A DNA stretch of 45,617 nt from an uncultured Flavobacteriaceae bacterium (lineage in GTDB: Bacteria; Bacteroidota; Bacteroidia; Flavobacteriales; Flavobacteriaceae). The notes beneath the pieces are model-generated. The model ran no database searches, was not told the origin of the DNA, and saw only the letters and a list, made by a program, of their open reading frames with translations. Numbering within the stretch: the first letter of the stretch is position 1; every line of letters begins with the position of its first letter. Of this stretch, positions 18,341 to 28,954 are shown piece by piece. The stretch is taken from NCBI GenBank assembly GCA_913044085.1, contig CAJWNW010000001.1, forward strand, positions 1 through 45,617, in the 5' to 3' direction. Both the position numbers and the translations under genes were made by a program.

Positions 18341-19634
18341 CTGCTGTAGATTCTAAAATTATGTTGAATAAAGATTTAAAGTCTTGCCAACGTTCCAAAT
18401 CACTAAAACTGTAATTATGAAAGATAGACGTAAACACTCCCCCTACCGATTTCACTTGTCTCATGGCCTTCTCAAGTGTTTCTTTTTTGTCTAAAAATGA
18501 TTCGTGCTTTAAAAGGGAAAAATCCATGAGTTGATAGGGATGAATCATTAAGGGGGTTTGCACTTCAAAGTCAATATCATAAAACAGAAATGGCGAACAG
18601 CTACCTGCTCGAAAACCGATGGTGTCTGGATACCCCATTGAATAGTCCTTTTTAATTTCCAATTCTACGTAGTTTCGGTACGTTGTAGGAAGGTTAACTT
18701 TGGAAAATGAACCCCTTACTTTTTCAGTAGCAGTGTTCAAAATACCATCCAAACACTTTTTTTCAGATTTAAGTATAGAAAGGTCCTCTAAGGCTGTAAA
18801 TGAAGATTTCAATCCAACCTCACAATAGTCGCGCATGGATTTTATAAGCGCCATAAAAGCCTTCTTATTCGTATTGATATTTTTGTCGTAAGTTGTATAG
18901 TCGCCGACAAGAAAGAAAATATTAAACTTTTGATTGCTTTTTTTCTGACAGTTTACAATCCATTTAAAATTATCATAGGGGTCTTTTTTAATACCAAATA
19001 ACACAAAAAATCGATCGTATGATAATTTGAATCTTAAATTAACCAAATCTAAAAACACGCCTCCTATTGTTCGCATCAAACCTTTATTTTTAAAATAATA
19101 TGCCATGGGAACATCAATTATAGGAGCCACAGAATATTGGCGTTTTTGAAATTTATGAGTCGGGAAATGGCGCTGAAGTGCCATTTGAAAATAATGAACC
19201 CAAATATCAACCACAGGTTGGTCTAAAAAATGATGTTGATAGGCAATGCTGTCTTTTTTTGTGAAACGACCATAGGTATCCTTGACATGGGGCAGGTATT
19301 CCTCATAGCGACTGAGCATATAAAAAGCCGCTGAAAAAATATCGAATGGTAGGTGGCTTTTTTCACCTGCATTAAAAAAACACTTAGTATCTTGCCAATC
19401 TTGCACATAAATATCAACATCTGAGATGCCCTGCTCAAATAACAAACCATGGCTTTTGACAAAAAACTCAGTTCCTAGAGGTTGGGAACCGTAAGACATT
19501 TTGAGTCCCTCATGTGCTATGAATGTTTCTATCACATTTGTAAAGTCAATGGAAAGACCCAACATTCGGGTACAAACTTGTTTAAATACAAATTTGAGCC
19601 TGCTTGTAGCTTCAGGTGTATAAATTAAAAACAT
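18327..19634 (-). CDS. Conserved Bacteroidota protein, polysaccharide-deacetylase-like fold
   Basis: PFDIFSAAFYMLSRYEEY, KDPYD, DYSMGY..GFRAG motifs typical of this family; activity unverified. Confidence 0.7.
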   Translation of the reverse strand: MFLIYTPEATSRLKFVFKQVCTRMLGLSIDFTNVIETFIAHEGLKMSYGSQPLGTEFFVKSHGLLFEQGISDVDIYVQDWQDTKCFFNAGEKSHLPFDIFSAAFYMLSRYEEYLPHVKDTYGRFTKKDSIAYQHHFLDQPVVDIWVHYFQMALQRHFPTHKFQKRQYSVAPIIDVPMAYYFKNKGLMRTIGGVFLDLVNLRFKLSYDRFFVLFGIKKDPYDNFKWIVNCQKKSNQKFNIFFLVGDYTTYDKNINTNKKAFMALIKSMRDYCEVGLKSSFTALEDLSILKSEKKCLDGILNTATEKVRGSFSKVNLPTTYRNYVELEIKKDYSMGYPDTIGFRAGSCSPFLFYDIDFEVQTPLMIHPYQLMDFSLLKHESFLDKKETLEKAMRQVKSVGGVFTSIFHNYSFSDLERWQDFKSLFNIILESTADVSA

Positions 19635-20324
19635 TAAAACATATTTTCATCCGCGAAACTAAAATAAGTTTTTTCTGTGAGAATAAGAAAGTCCAAAACC
19701 TTAATCCTAATGTGTAAGCTACCTTTTTCAACTTTTGAGTCTCATCCCGATTAACATCACTAGGTCCCATGGTTACGGAAGAGATGGTTGTGAACAAGAA
19801 TAATGGCTACTACTGCAAGCCCTATGGCTTTCTTCAAAATTAAACTCACGTCTACGACAGTTACTGTAACGCCGCCTTTACTGATTTGAAGCTTGTGTAG
19901 TACCGAATTTGAATTGTTTAAATATATTATCCATAATTACTCATGTTCTTAGCTTCCTAACAAAGTTTGCATGATGTCAAAAACGGTTTGAGTTAAAGTT
20001 ATTTTTAAACGTCTCTGGATTTGAGCTAATTTATGCCTTCTACCGAGCTCCATAGCGGCAGTAATTTTGATTGATTTAGCCTCCCCTATTCCTTTAAATT
20101 GCATGAGCTTTTTTAAAGATAATTTACACAAAGGATTCAAATTATTTTGGACACTGGATAATATAATTAGACAAATCTACTGCACTAATATCAAGGGTTC
20201 CAGAGCCAATGAGAATGGCAATAAGCGCTGTATTACTTAAAAATTGAGCGCCCTGATCTCTTAATTTTTTCCTGTGTTAATCTGAAGTAGACCACTGCTT
20301 TATGATGAGGTTTTTGTGGAGCAT
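19634..20324 (-). pseudogene. radC: radC (JAB/MPN domain) pseudogene
   Basis: Stitched: MLHKNLIIKQWSTSD*HRKKLRDQGAQFLSNTALIAILIGSG / KGIGEAKSIKITAAMELGRR / *EHE*LWIIYLNNSN...ISKGGVTVTVVDV...IILVHNH / ...TQKLKK / IKVLDFLILTEKTYFSFADENMF*. Stops at 20277-79, 19949-51, 19937-39 and about three frameshifts. Confidence 0.92.
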
Positions 20325-20352
20325 AATATTGTTTTTTGGGGTCATTATTGCA

Positions 20353-21708
20353 CTACTTAATCATTTTTTTTAAGCTGTCAAAATTCAAACCACCATAATT
20401 TCCTGAACTCATTAATAGAAGTGCGGTGTTGGTGTAACTTTGCTGTTTTAAAAAATTCTGAAAAGCCAAAGGCTCTGTGTAAATCTTTAAATTGGGGTGT
20501 TCAAAAGCCTTTATAATTTGAACGGGGTCTAAGGCTTTCATTCGTTTTATTTCTAAAGCCTTTGGTGCATAAAAAACTACGGCTTCATCGGCTTTCTCTA
20601 AGGCATTTTTATAATTTTCTATAAAAGATTCATTCAGGCTGCTATAGGTATGCAATTCCAAACAGGCCAGCAGGCGCTTGTGAGGATATTGTGCTTTAAC
20701 CGCAGCTGTAGTGGCAGTAACTTTACTAGGAGCATGTGCAAAGTCTTTGTAAACAACCGTAGATTTGTGGCTTGCTATTTTTTCAAGGCGCTTACTGGCG
20801 CCTGAAAAGGACCCAATGGCCTCATAAAAATCCATTTCATCAATCCCCATATGCTGACAAATCCATTTGGCACCTGCCATATTATTGAGATTATGGGCCC
20901 CAAAGACTTCTAAAGGAATGGGGCCTTCATCAGTTTCTAAATAAGTCACACCCGCTTCGATGGTGTGCTCGGGAGTTTTGTAGGGAAACTTTCGTATAGG
21001 ATTCTCACTATATTCTACAAGTTGTCTGACTTCAGCATCTTCTTCATTGTAACTAATACTACCGCCATTAACAATAGAATCTACAAAAATTGAAAATTGC
21101 GCTTTATAATTTTCATACGTTGGAAACACATTGATGTGGTCCCAAGCAATTCCGGTGATTAGAGCAATATTGGGTTTATAATGGTGGAACTTTGGTCTTA
21201 AATCCAAAGGTGAACTCAAATACTCATCCCCTTCTAGCACTATAAAATCATTGTCGTCCGATAATTGTACCATAACATCAAATCCTTCAAGCTGCGCACC
21301 TACCAAATAATCACAAGACCGAGCGTGGTAATTAAGTACATGAAGTATCATGGCTGTAATGGTAGTTTTGCCATGACTACCGCCAATAACTACCCTTGTT
21401 TTCTCTTTAGATTGTTCGTAAATAAATTCTGGATAGGAGTATATTTTTACACCTAATTCTTGGGCTTTTATCAGTTCCGGGTTGTCTATTTTTGCATGCA
21501 TCCCGAGGATAATAGCGTCTAAATCTGAGGATATTTTTTCAGGAAACCAACCGAGGACTTCGGGTAAAAGACCATAGGCCTTTAAACGCGCTTTTGAGGG
21601 ATCAAAAATAGCATCATCACTGCCAGTAACCTCAAAGCCTTTCAAATGCAAAGCCAATGCAAGATTGTGCATCGCAGCACCACCAACGGCAATAAAATGA
21701 ACCTTCAT
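20353..21708 (-). CDS. mpl: Mur ligase, Mpl/MurC-like (murein peptide ligase)
   Basis: HFIAVGGAAM, GGSHGKTT, LEGDEY, WDH, DFAHAP; mpl versus murC label not certain. Confidence 0.78.
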   Translation of the reverse strand: MKVHFIAVGGAAMHNLALALHLKGFEVTGSDDAIFDPSKARLKAYGLLPEVLGWFPEKISSDLDAIILGMHAKIDNPELIKAQELGVKIYSYPEFIYEQSKEKTRVVIGGSHGKTTITAMILHVLNYHARSCDYLVGAQLEGFDVMVQLSDDNDFIVLEGDEYLSSPLDLRPKFHHYKPNIALITGIAWDHINVFPTYENYKAQFSIFVDSIVNGGSISYNEEDAEVRQLVEYSENPIRKFPYKTPEHTIEAGVTYLETDEGPIPLEVFGAHNLNNMAGAKWICQHMGIDEMDFYEAIGSFSGASKRLEKIASHKSTVVYKDFAHAPSKVTATTAAVKAQYPHKRLLACLELHTYSSLNESFIENYKNALEKADEAVVFYAPKALEIKRMKALDPVQIIKAFEHPNLKIYTEPLAFQNFLKQQSYTNTALLLMSSGNYGGLNFDSLKKMIK

Positions 21709-21749
21709 AACTGTTTATTTAAGGTAAATATAAGCTTTAGCCCTCAGAT

Positions 21750-22652
21750 TTATCGTTGCACATGACTCAAAATTTGTTTTTTTTCAAGCTTTGCGTTTTC
21801 AAAATCTGGGTTAATTTGTAAAGCCTTATCAATGTTTTGCAAAGCCAATTCAATCTGGTTTGTTTTGATATATATTTTGGCAATTTTCAGGTGGGCTTTA
21901 TCTAGTGATACACGATCCTTGAGCGTATAGTCTTCAATATATTTTACAAAAAAATTAATGGATTCTTCTAAATTAGAAGTGTAACGCTCAAAAGCTAGAC
22001 CTATATCATAATGTAGATTATTGCTATGGGGAATACAAGAAAGCTTCGAATCAAATTCGGTTTTATAACATTCCGACTTAGAAAGTAGAGACAAGCCTTT
22101 TAAACTGTATGTTTTTGCGTTTGTAGCGTTGTTTTGAAGATTGGAGATATAGGCTTTTGCAAATAATCCATTAATTTGTGACAATTGTCCCAAGTGCTCA
22201 GCGTGAGTCCAGGCTTTTTCAAAACTACCCCCTAAAATAGCCGGTAGTTGGGCATAAAATTCTACTTGAGCCCATTGAACCAGCCAATGATTTGGGTCTA
22301 AAATTTCCGCTTTTGAAAAGGCTTTTTTAACTTGACTAATTAAGCTAAGGGCTTTAAATTTTGAACCTTCTTTTGCCATCATACCCAGAACGCCTCCATA
22401 TTTGAAGTGGTAAGCTGCATTCTCAGAATCTCGCTCTAAAAGTTGTTTGTACAACTCTGAAGCTTGTTGCCACTTGCCGTGAGCCCCGTACAAATCACCC
22501 AGGGTTTCCAAAGCGATTAGATTGTTGGGATTATTTTTTAATTGGAGCTTATAATTGGATTCTAAAACACCAAAATCTGTCTTTGAAACAGATTGTGCGT
22601 TTAGCATTGTAATTGCAAACAGAAAGGCCCAAAAAAAACTAAATTTTTTCAT
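21750..22652 (-). CDS. Secreted tetratricopeptide repeat protein
   Basis: Signal peptide from ATG 22652 (MKKFSFFWAFLFAITMLNA-Q); TPR-like helices (ALETLGDLY, ALQINPDF). Confidence 0.8.
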   Translation of the reverse strand: MKKFSFFWAFLFAITMLNAQSVSKTDFGVLESNYKLQLKNNPNNLIALETLGDLYGAHGKWQQASELYKQLLERDSENAAYHFKYGGVLGMMAKEGSKFKALSLISQVKKAFSKAEILDPNHWLVQWAQVEFYAQLPAILGGSFEKAWTHAEHLGQLSQINGLFAKAYISNLQNNATNAKTYSLKGLSLLSKSECYKTEFDSKLSCIPHSNNLHYDIGLAFERYTSNLEESINFFVKYIEDYTLKDRVSLDKAHLKIAKIYIKTNQIELALQNIDKALQINPDFENAKLEKKQILSHVQR

Positions 22653-22700
22653 AAAAATTAAAACAGCGTCCACATAAAAATCGAACCAAATACTTGTGTG

Positions 22701-23699
22701 CTACTTGTTCAATTGTTCCCAGAGCAAATCTTTAAGGGCCATGATCCCAGTTTGAGCAACCGACGAAATGAATAAATAGTCTACGGGTAATACCTTGTCT
22801 AATTCAGCTTTGAGCTCTGTTTGTAATTCATGGTCCAGAAGATCACTTTTGGAAATGGCCACCAAGCGTTCTTTGTCTAACATTTCAGGGTTGTAACGCT
22901 TTAGTTCATCCAATAAAATATCATATTGTTGTCTAACATCATTAGCATCGGCAGGAATCAAAAACAACAAAATAGAATTTCTTTCAATGTGTCTTAAAAA
23001 ATAATGTCCAAGGCCCTTGCCTTCTGCAGCACCCTCGATAATTCCGGGAATATCTGCCATAACAAAAGATTGGTAGTCTCTATAGTCAACAATGCCTAAA
23101 TTGGGTTTTAAAGTGGTGAATTCGTAATCAGCAATCTTTGGTTTGGCCGCGGTTATAACTGAAAGTAAAGTTGATTTTCCAGCATTGGGAAATCCAACCA
23201 AACCAACATCTGCTAAAATTTTCAACTCAATGGTTACATTTTTTTCTTCCCCAGGCATTCCTGGTTGAGCATAGCGGGGGGTTTGATTCGTTGAGGATTT
23301 AAAATGCCAATTGCCACGACCTCCCATTCCGCCTTGACACAATACAACTTCATGATCGTGGGTTGTAATTTCAAAAAGCATATTGTTCGTTTCATTGTCT
23401 TTTACGACAGTGCCCAGAGGAACCTCAATACAAACATCACTACCATCAGCGCCGGTACTTCGACTTTTACTGCCATGCGCACCATGTCCTGCTCTAAAAT
23501 GTTTTTTAAACTTTAAATGGTGGAGGGTCCAAAGATTTTGATTGCCTTTGAGAATGATATGACCACCACGTCCTCCATCGCCTCCATCAGGCCCCCCTTT
23601 GGTGATGTATTTTTCGCGGTGCAAATGCACAGAGCCCTTGCCTCCATTGCCGGAGCAAACATACATCTTGATATAGTCTACAAAATTCCCCTCAGTCAT
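22701..23699 (-). CDS. obgE: GTPase ObgE/CgtA
   Basis: Gly-rich Obg fold [33 protein letters not shown]. Confidence 0.98.
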   Translation of the reverse strand: MTEGNFVDYIKMYVCSGNGGKGSVHLHREKYITKGGPDGGDGGRGGHIILKGNQNLWTLHHLKFKKHFRAGHGAHGSKSRSTGADGSDVCIEVPLGTVVKDNETNNMLFEITTHDHEVVLCQGGMGGRGNWHFKSSTNQTPRYAQPGMPGEEKNVTIELKILADVGLVGFPNAGKSTLLSVITAAKPKIADYEFTTLKPNLGIVDYRDYQSFVMADIPGIIEGAAEGKGLGHYFLRHIERNSILLFLIPADANDVRQQYDILLDELKRYNPEMLDKERLVAISKSDLLDHELQTELKAELDKVLPVDYLFISSVAQTGIMALKDLLWEQLNK

Positions 23700-23708
23700 T
23701 CAAATTAT

Positions 23709-24281
23709 TTATAGCGTATTGACAACAGCGTTTAAACGTTCTGTAATAGCTTCAATCTCGCCCACACCATCCACGCCATGGTATCGCCCTTTAGCTTCAT
23801 AATAAGACTTTAAAATCGCAGTTTCAGAATAATAAATTTTGATGCGATTTCGAACAATCTCTTCTGATGAGTCATCTGAACGACCACTTGTTTCTCCACG
23901 CTTTAATAGACGCTTAACAAGTATTTCGTCTTCAACTTCCAAAGCAATCATAGCATCGACTTGGGCACTGTGTTTTGACAATACAAAATCTAAGGCATCT
24001 GCCTGAACGATATTTCTTGGAAAACCATCAAAAATAAACCCTTTACCTGTTGTGTTTTTAGAGACCTCATCACTCAACATGTCGATGGTAACCTGATCAG
24101 GAACTAAAGCCCCTCTATCGATATAAGATTGGGCCAAAATTCCTAGAGGAGTCTGATTTTTAATGTTTTTTCTAAATACATCTCCTGTAGAAATGTGAAC
24201 TAAATTAAAAGTCGATTTTAAAAAATTAGCTTGGGTGCCTTTGCCTGCACCTGGAGGGCCAAATAAAACAATATTTAACAT
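23709..24281 (-). CDS. adk: Adenylate kinase (short, LID-less type)
   Basis: GPPGAGKGTQ, HISTGD, FDGFPR, GRSDD. Confidence 0.97.
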   Translation of the reverse strand: MLNIVLFGPPGAGKGTQANFLKSTFNLVHISTGDVFRKNIKNQTPLGILAQSYIDRGALVPDQVTIDMLSDEVSKNTTGKGFIFDGFPRNIVQADALDFVLSKHSAQVDAMIALEVEDEILVKRLLKRGETSGRSDDSSEEIVRNRIKIYYSETAILKSYYEAKGRYHGVDGVGEIEAITERLNAVVNTL

Positions 24282-24333
24282 CTATATGGGTAATTGATTT
24301 ACATAAAAACAACAAAAATTTGCGTTTTTGTAT

Positions 24334-24431
24334 TGAACTAAATTAGTTCACAAATATAATCAAATGCAGAAGCCAAATCGTCTTTTCGAATGACATTTTA
24401 ATGGGGGATTCCATTTTTAAGTGTATTTTTG
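24334..24431. promoter_or_regulatory. Divergent adk / purK promoter region with palindrome
   Basis: -7 element TATATTTG on minus (24358-24351), TATTTTTG on plus (24424-24431); palindrome TGAACTAA-A-TTAGTTCA at 24334-24350. No clear -33 elements. Confidence 0.55.
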
Positions 24432-24449
24432 TTTCACAATTCAATTTTT

Positions 24450-25610
24450 ATGGATTTGCAATATTTTTCTTCCAAACATAAACTCGGTATTCTAGGGGGC
24501 GGTCAGCTGGGAAAAATGATGCTTTACAACACCCGAAAATTTGATATCAATACTAGCGTTTTGGACCCCAGTAATGAGGCCCCAAGTAGATTGGCTTGCA
24601 ATCACTTTGTACAGGGTGATTTAATGGATTATGAAACCGTTTTCAACTTTGGGCAAAAAGTAGATACCCTGACTATAGAAATTGAAAATGTAAATGTAGA
24701 AGCGCTCAAAGCATTGGAAAAAAAAGGGGTCAGAGTTTATCCAGATTCTCACACACTTGCAACCATACAAAACAAGGCCGAACAAAAAAGGTTCTACACG
24801 AAACACCAGTTGCCCACCGCAGCATTTAAGGCCTACAAAAACAAAAGTAGATTAGAAAAAGCCGTTTCAGAGAATGTTCAATCCCTACCATTTGTTTGGA
24901 AAAGTGCACGCTTTGGCTATGATGGAAATGGGGTGAAAATTATCCGAAAGCACTCCGATTTTGACCAACTCCCCAATGGGGAATGTATCGCTGAAGACCT
25001 TATTCCTTTTAAAAACGAATTGGCCGTTATTGTCGCAAGAAACCCTAAGGGCGAGGTCAAGTCCTATCCTGTAGTCGAAATGGAATTTCATCCCGAGGCC
25101 AACCAGGTAGAATATGTCCTTTGTCCGGCAAGAATTCCACAATCCGTAGCAAAAAAAGCAACAGAAGTAGCCCTTCAAACAGCCAAGGCATTTAAACATG
25201 TAGGACTGCTTGCTGTGGAGATGTTCTTGACACAAAATGATGACATTCTTATCAATGAAGTGGCGCCACGACCTCACAATTCTGGACATCAAACTATTGA
25301 AGCCAGCCAGACCTCACAATTTGAACAACATCTGAGAGCTATTCTTAATTTGCCATTGGGTTCCACTAAAAATAAAACCTGTGGTGTGATGGTCAACCTG
25401 GTAGGTGCCGAGGGCCATCATGGCGCTGTGGTTTATAAAAATATTGAAGCCATTATGGCGCTTGAAGGTGTTACCCCTCACATCTATGGCAAAAAAATGA
25501 CCCGCCCTTTTAGAAAAATGGGGCACGTAACAATTGTAAATTCAAGCATTGAAAAAGCAAGAAAAATTGCACAAAAAGTTAAAGAATCAATCAAAGTAAT
25601 AAGCGAATAA
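24450..25610 (+). CDS. purK: N5-carboxyaminoimidazole ribonucleotide synthase
   Basis: GILGGGQLGKM, GYDGNG, NEVAPRPHNSGH, RKMGH; ATG 24450 preferred. Confidence 0.96.
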   Translation: MDLQYFSSKHKLGILGGGQLGKMMLYNTRKFDINTSVLDPSNEAPSRLACNHFVQGDLMDYETVFNFGQKVDTLTIEIENVNVEALKALEKKGVRVYPDSHTLATIQNKAEQKRFYTKHQLPTAAFKAYKNKSRLEKAVSENVQSLPFVWKSARFGYDGNGVKIIRKHSDFDQLPNGECIAEDLIPFKNELAVIVARNPKGEVKSYPVVEMEFHPEANQVEYVLCPARIPQSVAKKATEVALQTAKAFKHVGLLAVEMFLTQNDDILINEVAPRPHNSGHQTIEASQTSQFEQHLRAILNLPLGSTKNKTCGVMVNLVGAEGHHGAVVYKNIEAIMALEGVTPHIYGKKMTRPFRKMGHVTIVNSSIEKARKIAQKVKESIKVISE

Positions 25611-25611
25611 T

Positions 25612-26097
25612 ATGGCACAAGTAGGAATTATTATGGGAAGCGACAGCGACATGCCTGTCATGAAAGCAGCAATTGAAATTCTTGGAGATTTTGATATAGC
25701 GGTTGATATCGATATTGTATCGGCTCACCGAACTCCTGAAAAATTATTTGAATACGGAGCTTCCGCACACAAAAAAGGACTTAAAGTCATCATTGCTGGT
25801 GCAGGTGGAGCAGCACACTTGCCTGGTATGATTGCTGCGATCAGTCCACTGCCAGTTATTGGGGTTCCAGTAAAATCCAGTAACTCTATTGATGGATGGG
25901 ATTCCATACTTTCGATACTACAAATGCCAGGGGGGGTACCAGTTGCTACTGTAGCCTTAAATGGTGCGAAAAATGCAGGAATTTTAGCCGCTCAAATCAT
26001 TGGCAGTTCGGATCAATGCGTATTGGATAAAATTGCAGTTTACAAGGAGGGAATGAAGCTCAAAGTACAAAAAGCCTCCAAAAAATTAAAGTCTTAA
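25612..26097 (+). CDS. purE: N5-CAIR mutase
   Basis: IMGSDSD, SAHRTP, AGAGGAAHLPG, QMPGGVPVATV. Confidence 0.98.
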   Translation: MAQVGIIMGSDSDMPVMKAAIEILGDFDIAVDIDIVSAHRTPEKLFEYGASAHKKGLKVIIAGAGGAAHLPGMIAAISPLPVIGVPVKSSNSIDGWDSILSILQMPGGVPVATVALNGAKNAGILAAQIIGSSDQCVLDKIAVYKEGMKLKVQKASKKLKS

Positions 26098-26112
26098 AAT
26101 AGTATTTTGCTT

Positions 26113-28140
26113 ATGAATGTCCTCAACACGGAGTTTGATACCCCTTATAATTCTGCACCCTTTTCCAAAATAAAAACAACTCATTTTTTACCCGCCTTTA
26201 AAACGGCTTTGGCCGAAAGTAAAAAAAATATTGCAGCGATTGTTTCAAATCCTGAACCGCCAAATTTTAAGAATACCGTTGAGGCTTTAGAGTTTTCAAG
26301 TTTAAGATTGGATCGAATCTCAAGCCTTTTTTTTAATCTTAATGCCGCTGAAACCAATGATGCTATTCAAAACATCGCACAAGAAGTTTCCCCATTATTA
26401 ACCGCGTATTCCAATGACGTCGCCTTAAATAAATCACTTTTTAATAAACTCAAGATCGTTTACAATCGATTGGAAAGTTTAAACTTGACAACAGAACAAA
26501 AAACACTACTGGAAAAAAAATACAAAGGCTTTGTCCGTAATGGTGTCAATTTGAATCCAAATGACAAAACAAGGCTTAGAGAAATTGACAAGGAACTGAG
26601 CGTTTCAAAGCTAACTTTTGGGGAACATTTGCTTGCGGAGACCAATAAATTCAGACTTGAGATTAACAAAGCTTCTCAACTGGAAGGACTTCCAGAAAAT
26701 TTAATTTCAACTGCTAAACTGTTAGGGGAAAAAGAAGAAAAAAAAGGTTGGCTATTTACACTAGATTATCCCAGCTATGTTCCATTTATGACCTATGCAA
26801 AAAACAGAACCCTACGAAAAAAAATGGCTATAGCTTTTGGAAAAAAAGGGTTTCAAAACGATAATCTAGACAACCAGAATTTATTGTTAAAAATTACAAA
26901 ATTACGCCACATCCGCGCCAATTTATTGGGCTACAAAACACATGCTGATTACGTTCTTGAGGAGCGCATGGCCAAATCCCCTGAAACCGTACTCGGTTTT
27001 TTAGAAGATTTAAAGGCCAAGGCTTTAGCAGTAGCGCAATCGGAATACAAAGAATTGAGTGCTTTTGCCAAAGAATTAGATGGGGTTAAAACCCTACAAA
27101 AATGGGACAGTGCTTATTATTCCGAAAAACTTAAAAAGAAACGATTCGATATTGACGACGCACTTCTTAAACCTTTCTTTAAATTGGAAAATGTCTTAGA
27201 AGGCGCCTTTGCGATTGCTAAAAAATTATTTCAAATCCAATTTATCAAAACAACTGAAGTGGACACCTACCAAGATGATGTTATGGTTTATAAAGTTACA
27301 GACAAAAAAGGTAATCTCGTAGCACTTTTTTATGCAGATTTCTTCCCTAGATCTGGAAAACGTGCGGGGGCTTGGATGACCTCTTTTAAACCGCAATATC
27401 AATTGGAGGGCCAACAACAGCGCCCACATGTGTCTATTGTTTGCAACTTTACAAAACCAACAAAAAAATCCCCTTCATTATTGACATTTAATGAAGTTAC
27501 AACCCTGTTCCATGAATTTGGACATGCGCTTCATGGCATGCTTGCCAACACCACTTATCCCAGTCTTTCCGGCACCAATGTTGCTTGGGATTTTGTAGAA
27601 CTTCCAAGCCAACTGATGGAGAATTGGTGTTACGAAAAAGAGGCACTCGATCTCTTTGCAAGGCATTATGAAAGTTCAGAAGTGATTCCCATGCACTGGA
27701 TAGAAAAAATCAAAGCAGCGGGACGATTTCAACAAGGGATGCAAACCCTTCGGCAATTGAGTTTTGGTCTTTTGGATATGAGCTGGCACGGACAAGACCC
27801 CAGCTCAATAAAGGATGTTAAAGCGCATGAAAAAAAAGTTTTTAAATCATTGCAATTATTCCCTGACATTAAAGAGAATTGCATGTCAACGGCATTTGCA
27901 CATATTTTTCAAGGTGGGTATTCTTCCGGCTATTACAGTTACAAATGGGCTGAAGTTCTGGAAGCAGATGCTTTTGCATACTTTAAAAAAAATCAGGTGT
28001 TTGATCCAATAATAGCATCTAAACTAAAAACCCATATTTTAAGTCAAGGTGGCATTGAAAATCCAGAAGTTCTTTACAAGCGTTTTCGAGGTAAAAAAGC
28101 ATCTAACAAAGCGCTTTTAGAGCGTGCAGGGCTACAATAA
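26113..28140 (+). CDS. dcp: M3A metallopeptidase (peptidyl-dipeptidase Dcp / oligopeptidase A)
   Basis: KRAGAWM, TLFHEFGHALH, WDFVELPSQ, GYSSGYYSYKWAEV. Confidence 0.9.
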   Translation: MNVLNTEFDTPYNSAPFSKIKTTHFLPAFKTALAESKKNIAAIVSNPEPPNFKNTVEALEFSSLRLDRISSLFFNLNAAETNDAIQNIAQEVSPLLTAYSNDVALNKSLFNKLKIVYNRLESLNLTTEQKTLLEKKYKGFVRNGVNLNPNDKTRLREIDKELSVSKLTFGEHLLAETNKFRLEINKASQLEGLPENLISTAKLLGEKEEKKGWLFTLDYPSYVPFMTYAKNRTLRKKMAIAFGKKGFQNDNLDNQNLLLKITKLRHIRANLLGYKTHADYVLEERMAKSPETVLGFLEDLKAKALAVAQSEYKELSAFAKELDGVKTLQKWDSAYYSEKLKKKRFDIDDALLKPFFKLENVLEGAFAIAKKLFQIQFIKTTEVDTYQDDVMVYKVTDKKGNLVALFYADFFPRSGKRAGAWMTSFKPQYQLEGQQQRPHVSIVCNFTKPTKKSPSLLTFNEVTTLFHEFGHALHGMLANTTYPSLSGTNVAWDFVELPSQLMENWCYEKEALDLFARHYESSEVIPMHWIEKIKAAGRFQQGMQTLRQLSFGLLDMSWHGQDPSSIKDVKAHEKKVFKSLQLFPDIKENCMSTAFAHIFQGGYSSGYYSYKWAEVLEADAFAYFKKNQVFDPIIASKLKTHILSQGGIENPEVLYKRFRGKKASNKALLERAGLQ

Positions 28141-28950
28141 AAAATTAGAAATCCAAACTAAAAGGGCCCAAAACACAGGAACCGATTCAACCCAGAAAGC
28201 CGTAAAATAAAATGGTTTTTGAGGATGGCTGAATATTAAAAATAGCCCTGTAACTACCATCACAATTGTTGTTATTAAAATATCGATTGCATTGTCATGC
28301 AATAAAAAAGAAAGTAAGAAAATCAAAACAAGGCCTAAAAAACCCAATCGCTTGGAAGTGGTAATTCCAATTTTTTGAGGAATGGTGGATAACCTCAGGT
28401 CATCATTGTTAAGGTCTCTGATTTCAAAGGGCAGCATTAAAACCAAAATAAAAATAAAACGCTGGACAAGTTCGAAGAAAATACTGGATTCGAGCTGAAC
28501 ATCGGCTTCTACCAAAGGAAGCAGTACTGTAGTCATTGCCCAAACCAAAGCAATAATATAAATTTTTAACCCTTTGACCTTTCTTAGACTTGCAATTCTT
28601 TCAAAAGGAATTTCATAGAAAAAAGTTACAGTTCCTAAGCAAAGAACCAGTGGCTTGCTGGTATTGTTTAATCCAATAAATGTAAAGATTAATCCGAACA
28701 AACAAAATAAACTTAACAATTGAATTTCTTTAAGTCGCGTCGTTAAAGACCGGTAATGAAATTTAGAAATACCAAAATATTTGATGAAGTTATAGCCCAA
28801 AACGCTGGAACAAAACAAAAAAATAAATAAATTTTTATCACATTTTATTGTAAAGGATTGAGCCGTTATGAAACTGAGTGACAAAACAGAAAAAGCAATA
28901 TGTAAACTACTGTTTAAATAAAATTTAAATAGACGATTGATAAAATTCAC
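28132..28950 (-). CDS. Integral membrane protein, UbiA prenyltransferase-like
   Basis: About 8-9 hydrophobic segments; FEIRDLNNDD..TIP resembles the UbiA second Asp-rich motif; GTG start. Confidence 0.6.
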   Translation of the reverse strand: MNFINRLFKFYLNSSLHIAFSVLSLSFITAQSFTIKCDKNLFIFLFCSSVLGYNFIKYFGISKFHYRSLTTRLKEIQLLSLFCLFGLIFTFIGLNNTSKPLVLCLGTVTFFYEIPFERIASLRKVKGLKIYIIALVWAMTTVLLPLVEADVQLESSIFFELVQRFIFILVLMLPFEIRDLNNDDLRLSTIPQKIGITTSKRLGFLGLVLIFLLSFLLHDNAIDILITTIVMVVTGLFLIFSHPQKPFYFTAFWVESVPVFWALLVWISNFLL

Positions 28951-28954
28951 GGTG

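Noticed and set aside
19612-20140. Track ORFs 19612-19797 and 19949-20140 as small proteins, or radC as a mobile-element marker
   Set aside because: Both are fragments of the radC pseudogene, which is the long chromosomal HhH+JAB type in housekeeping context with no mobile genes nearby.
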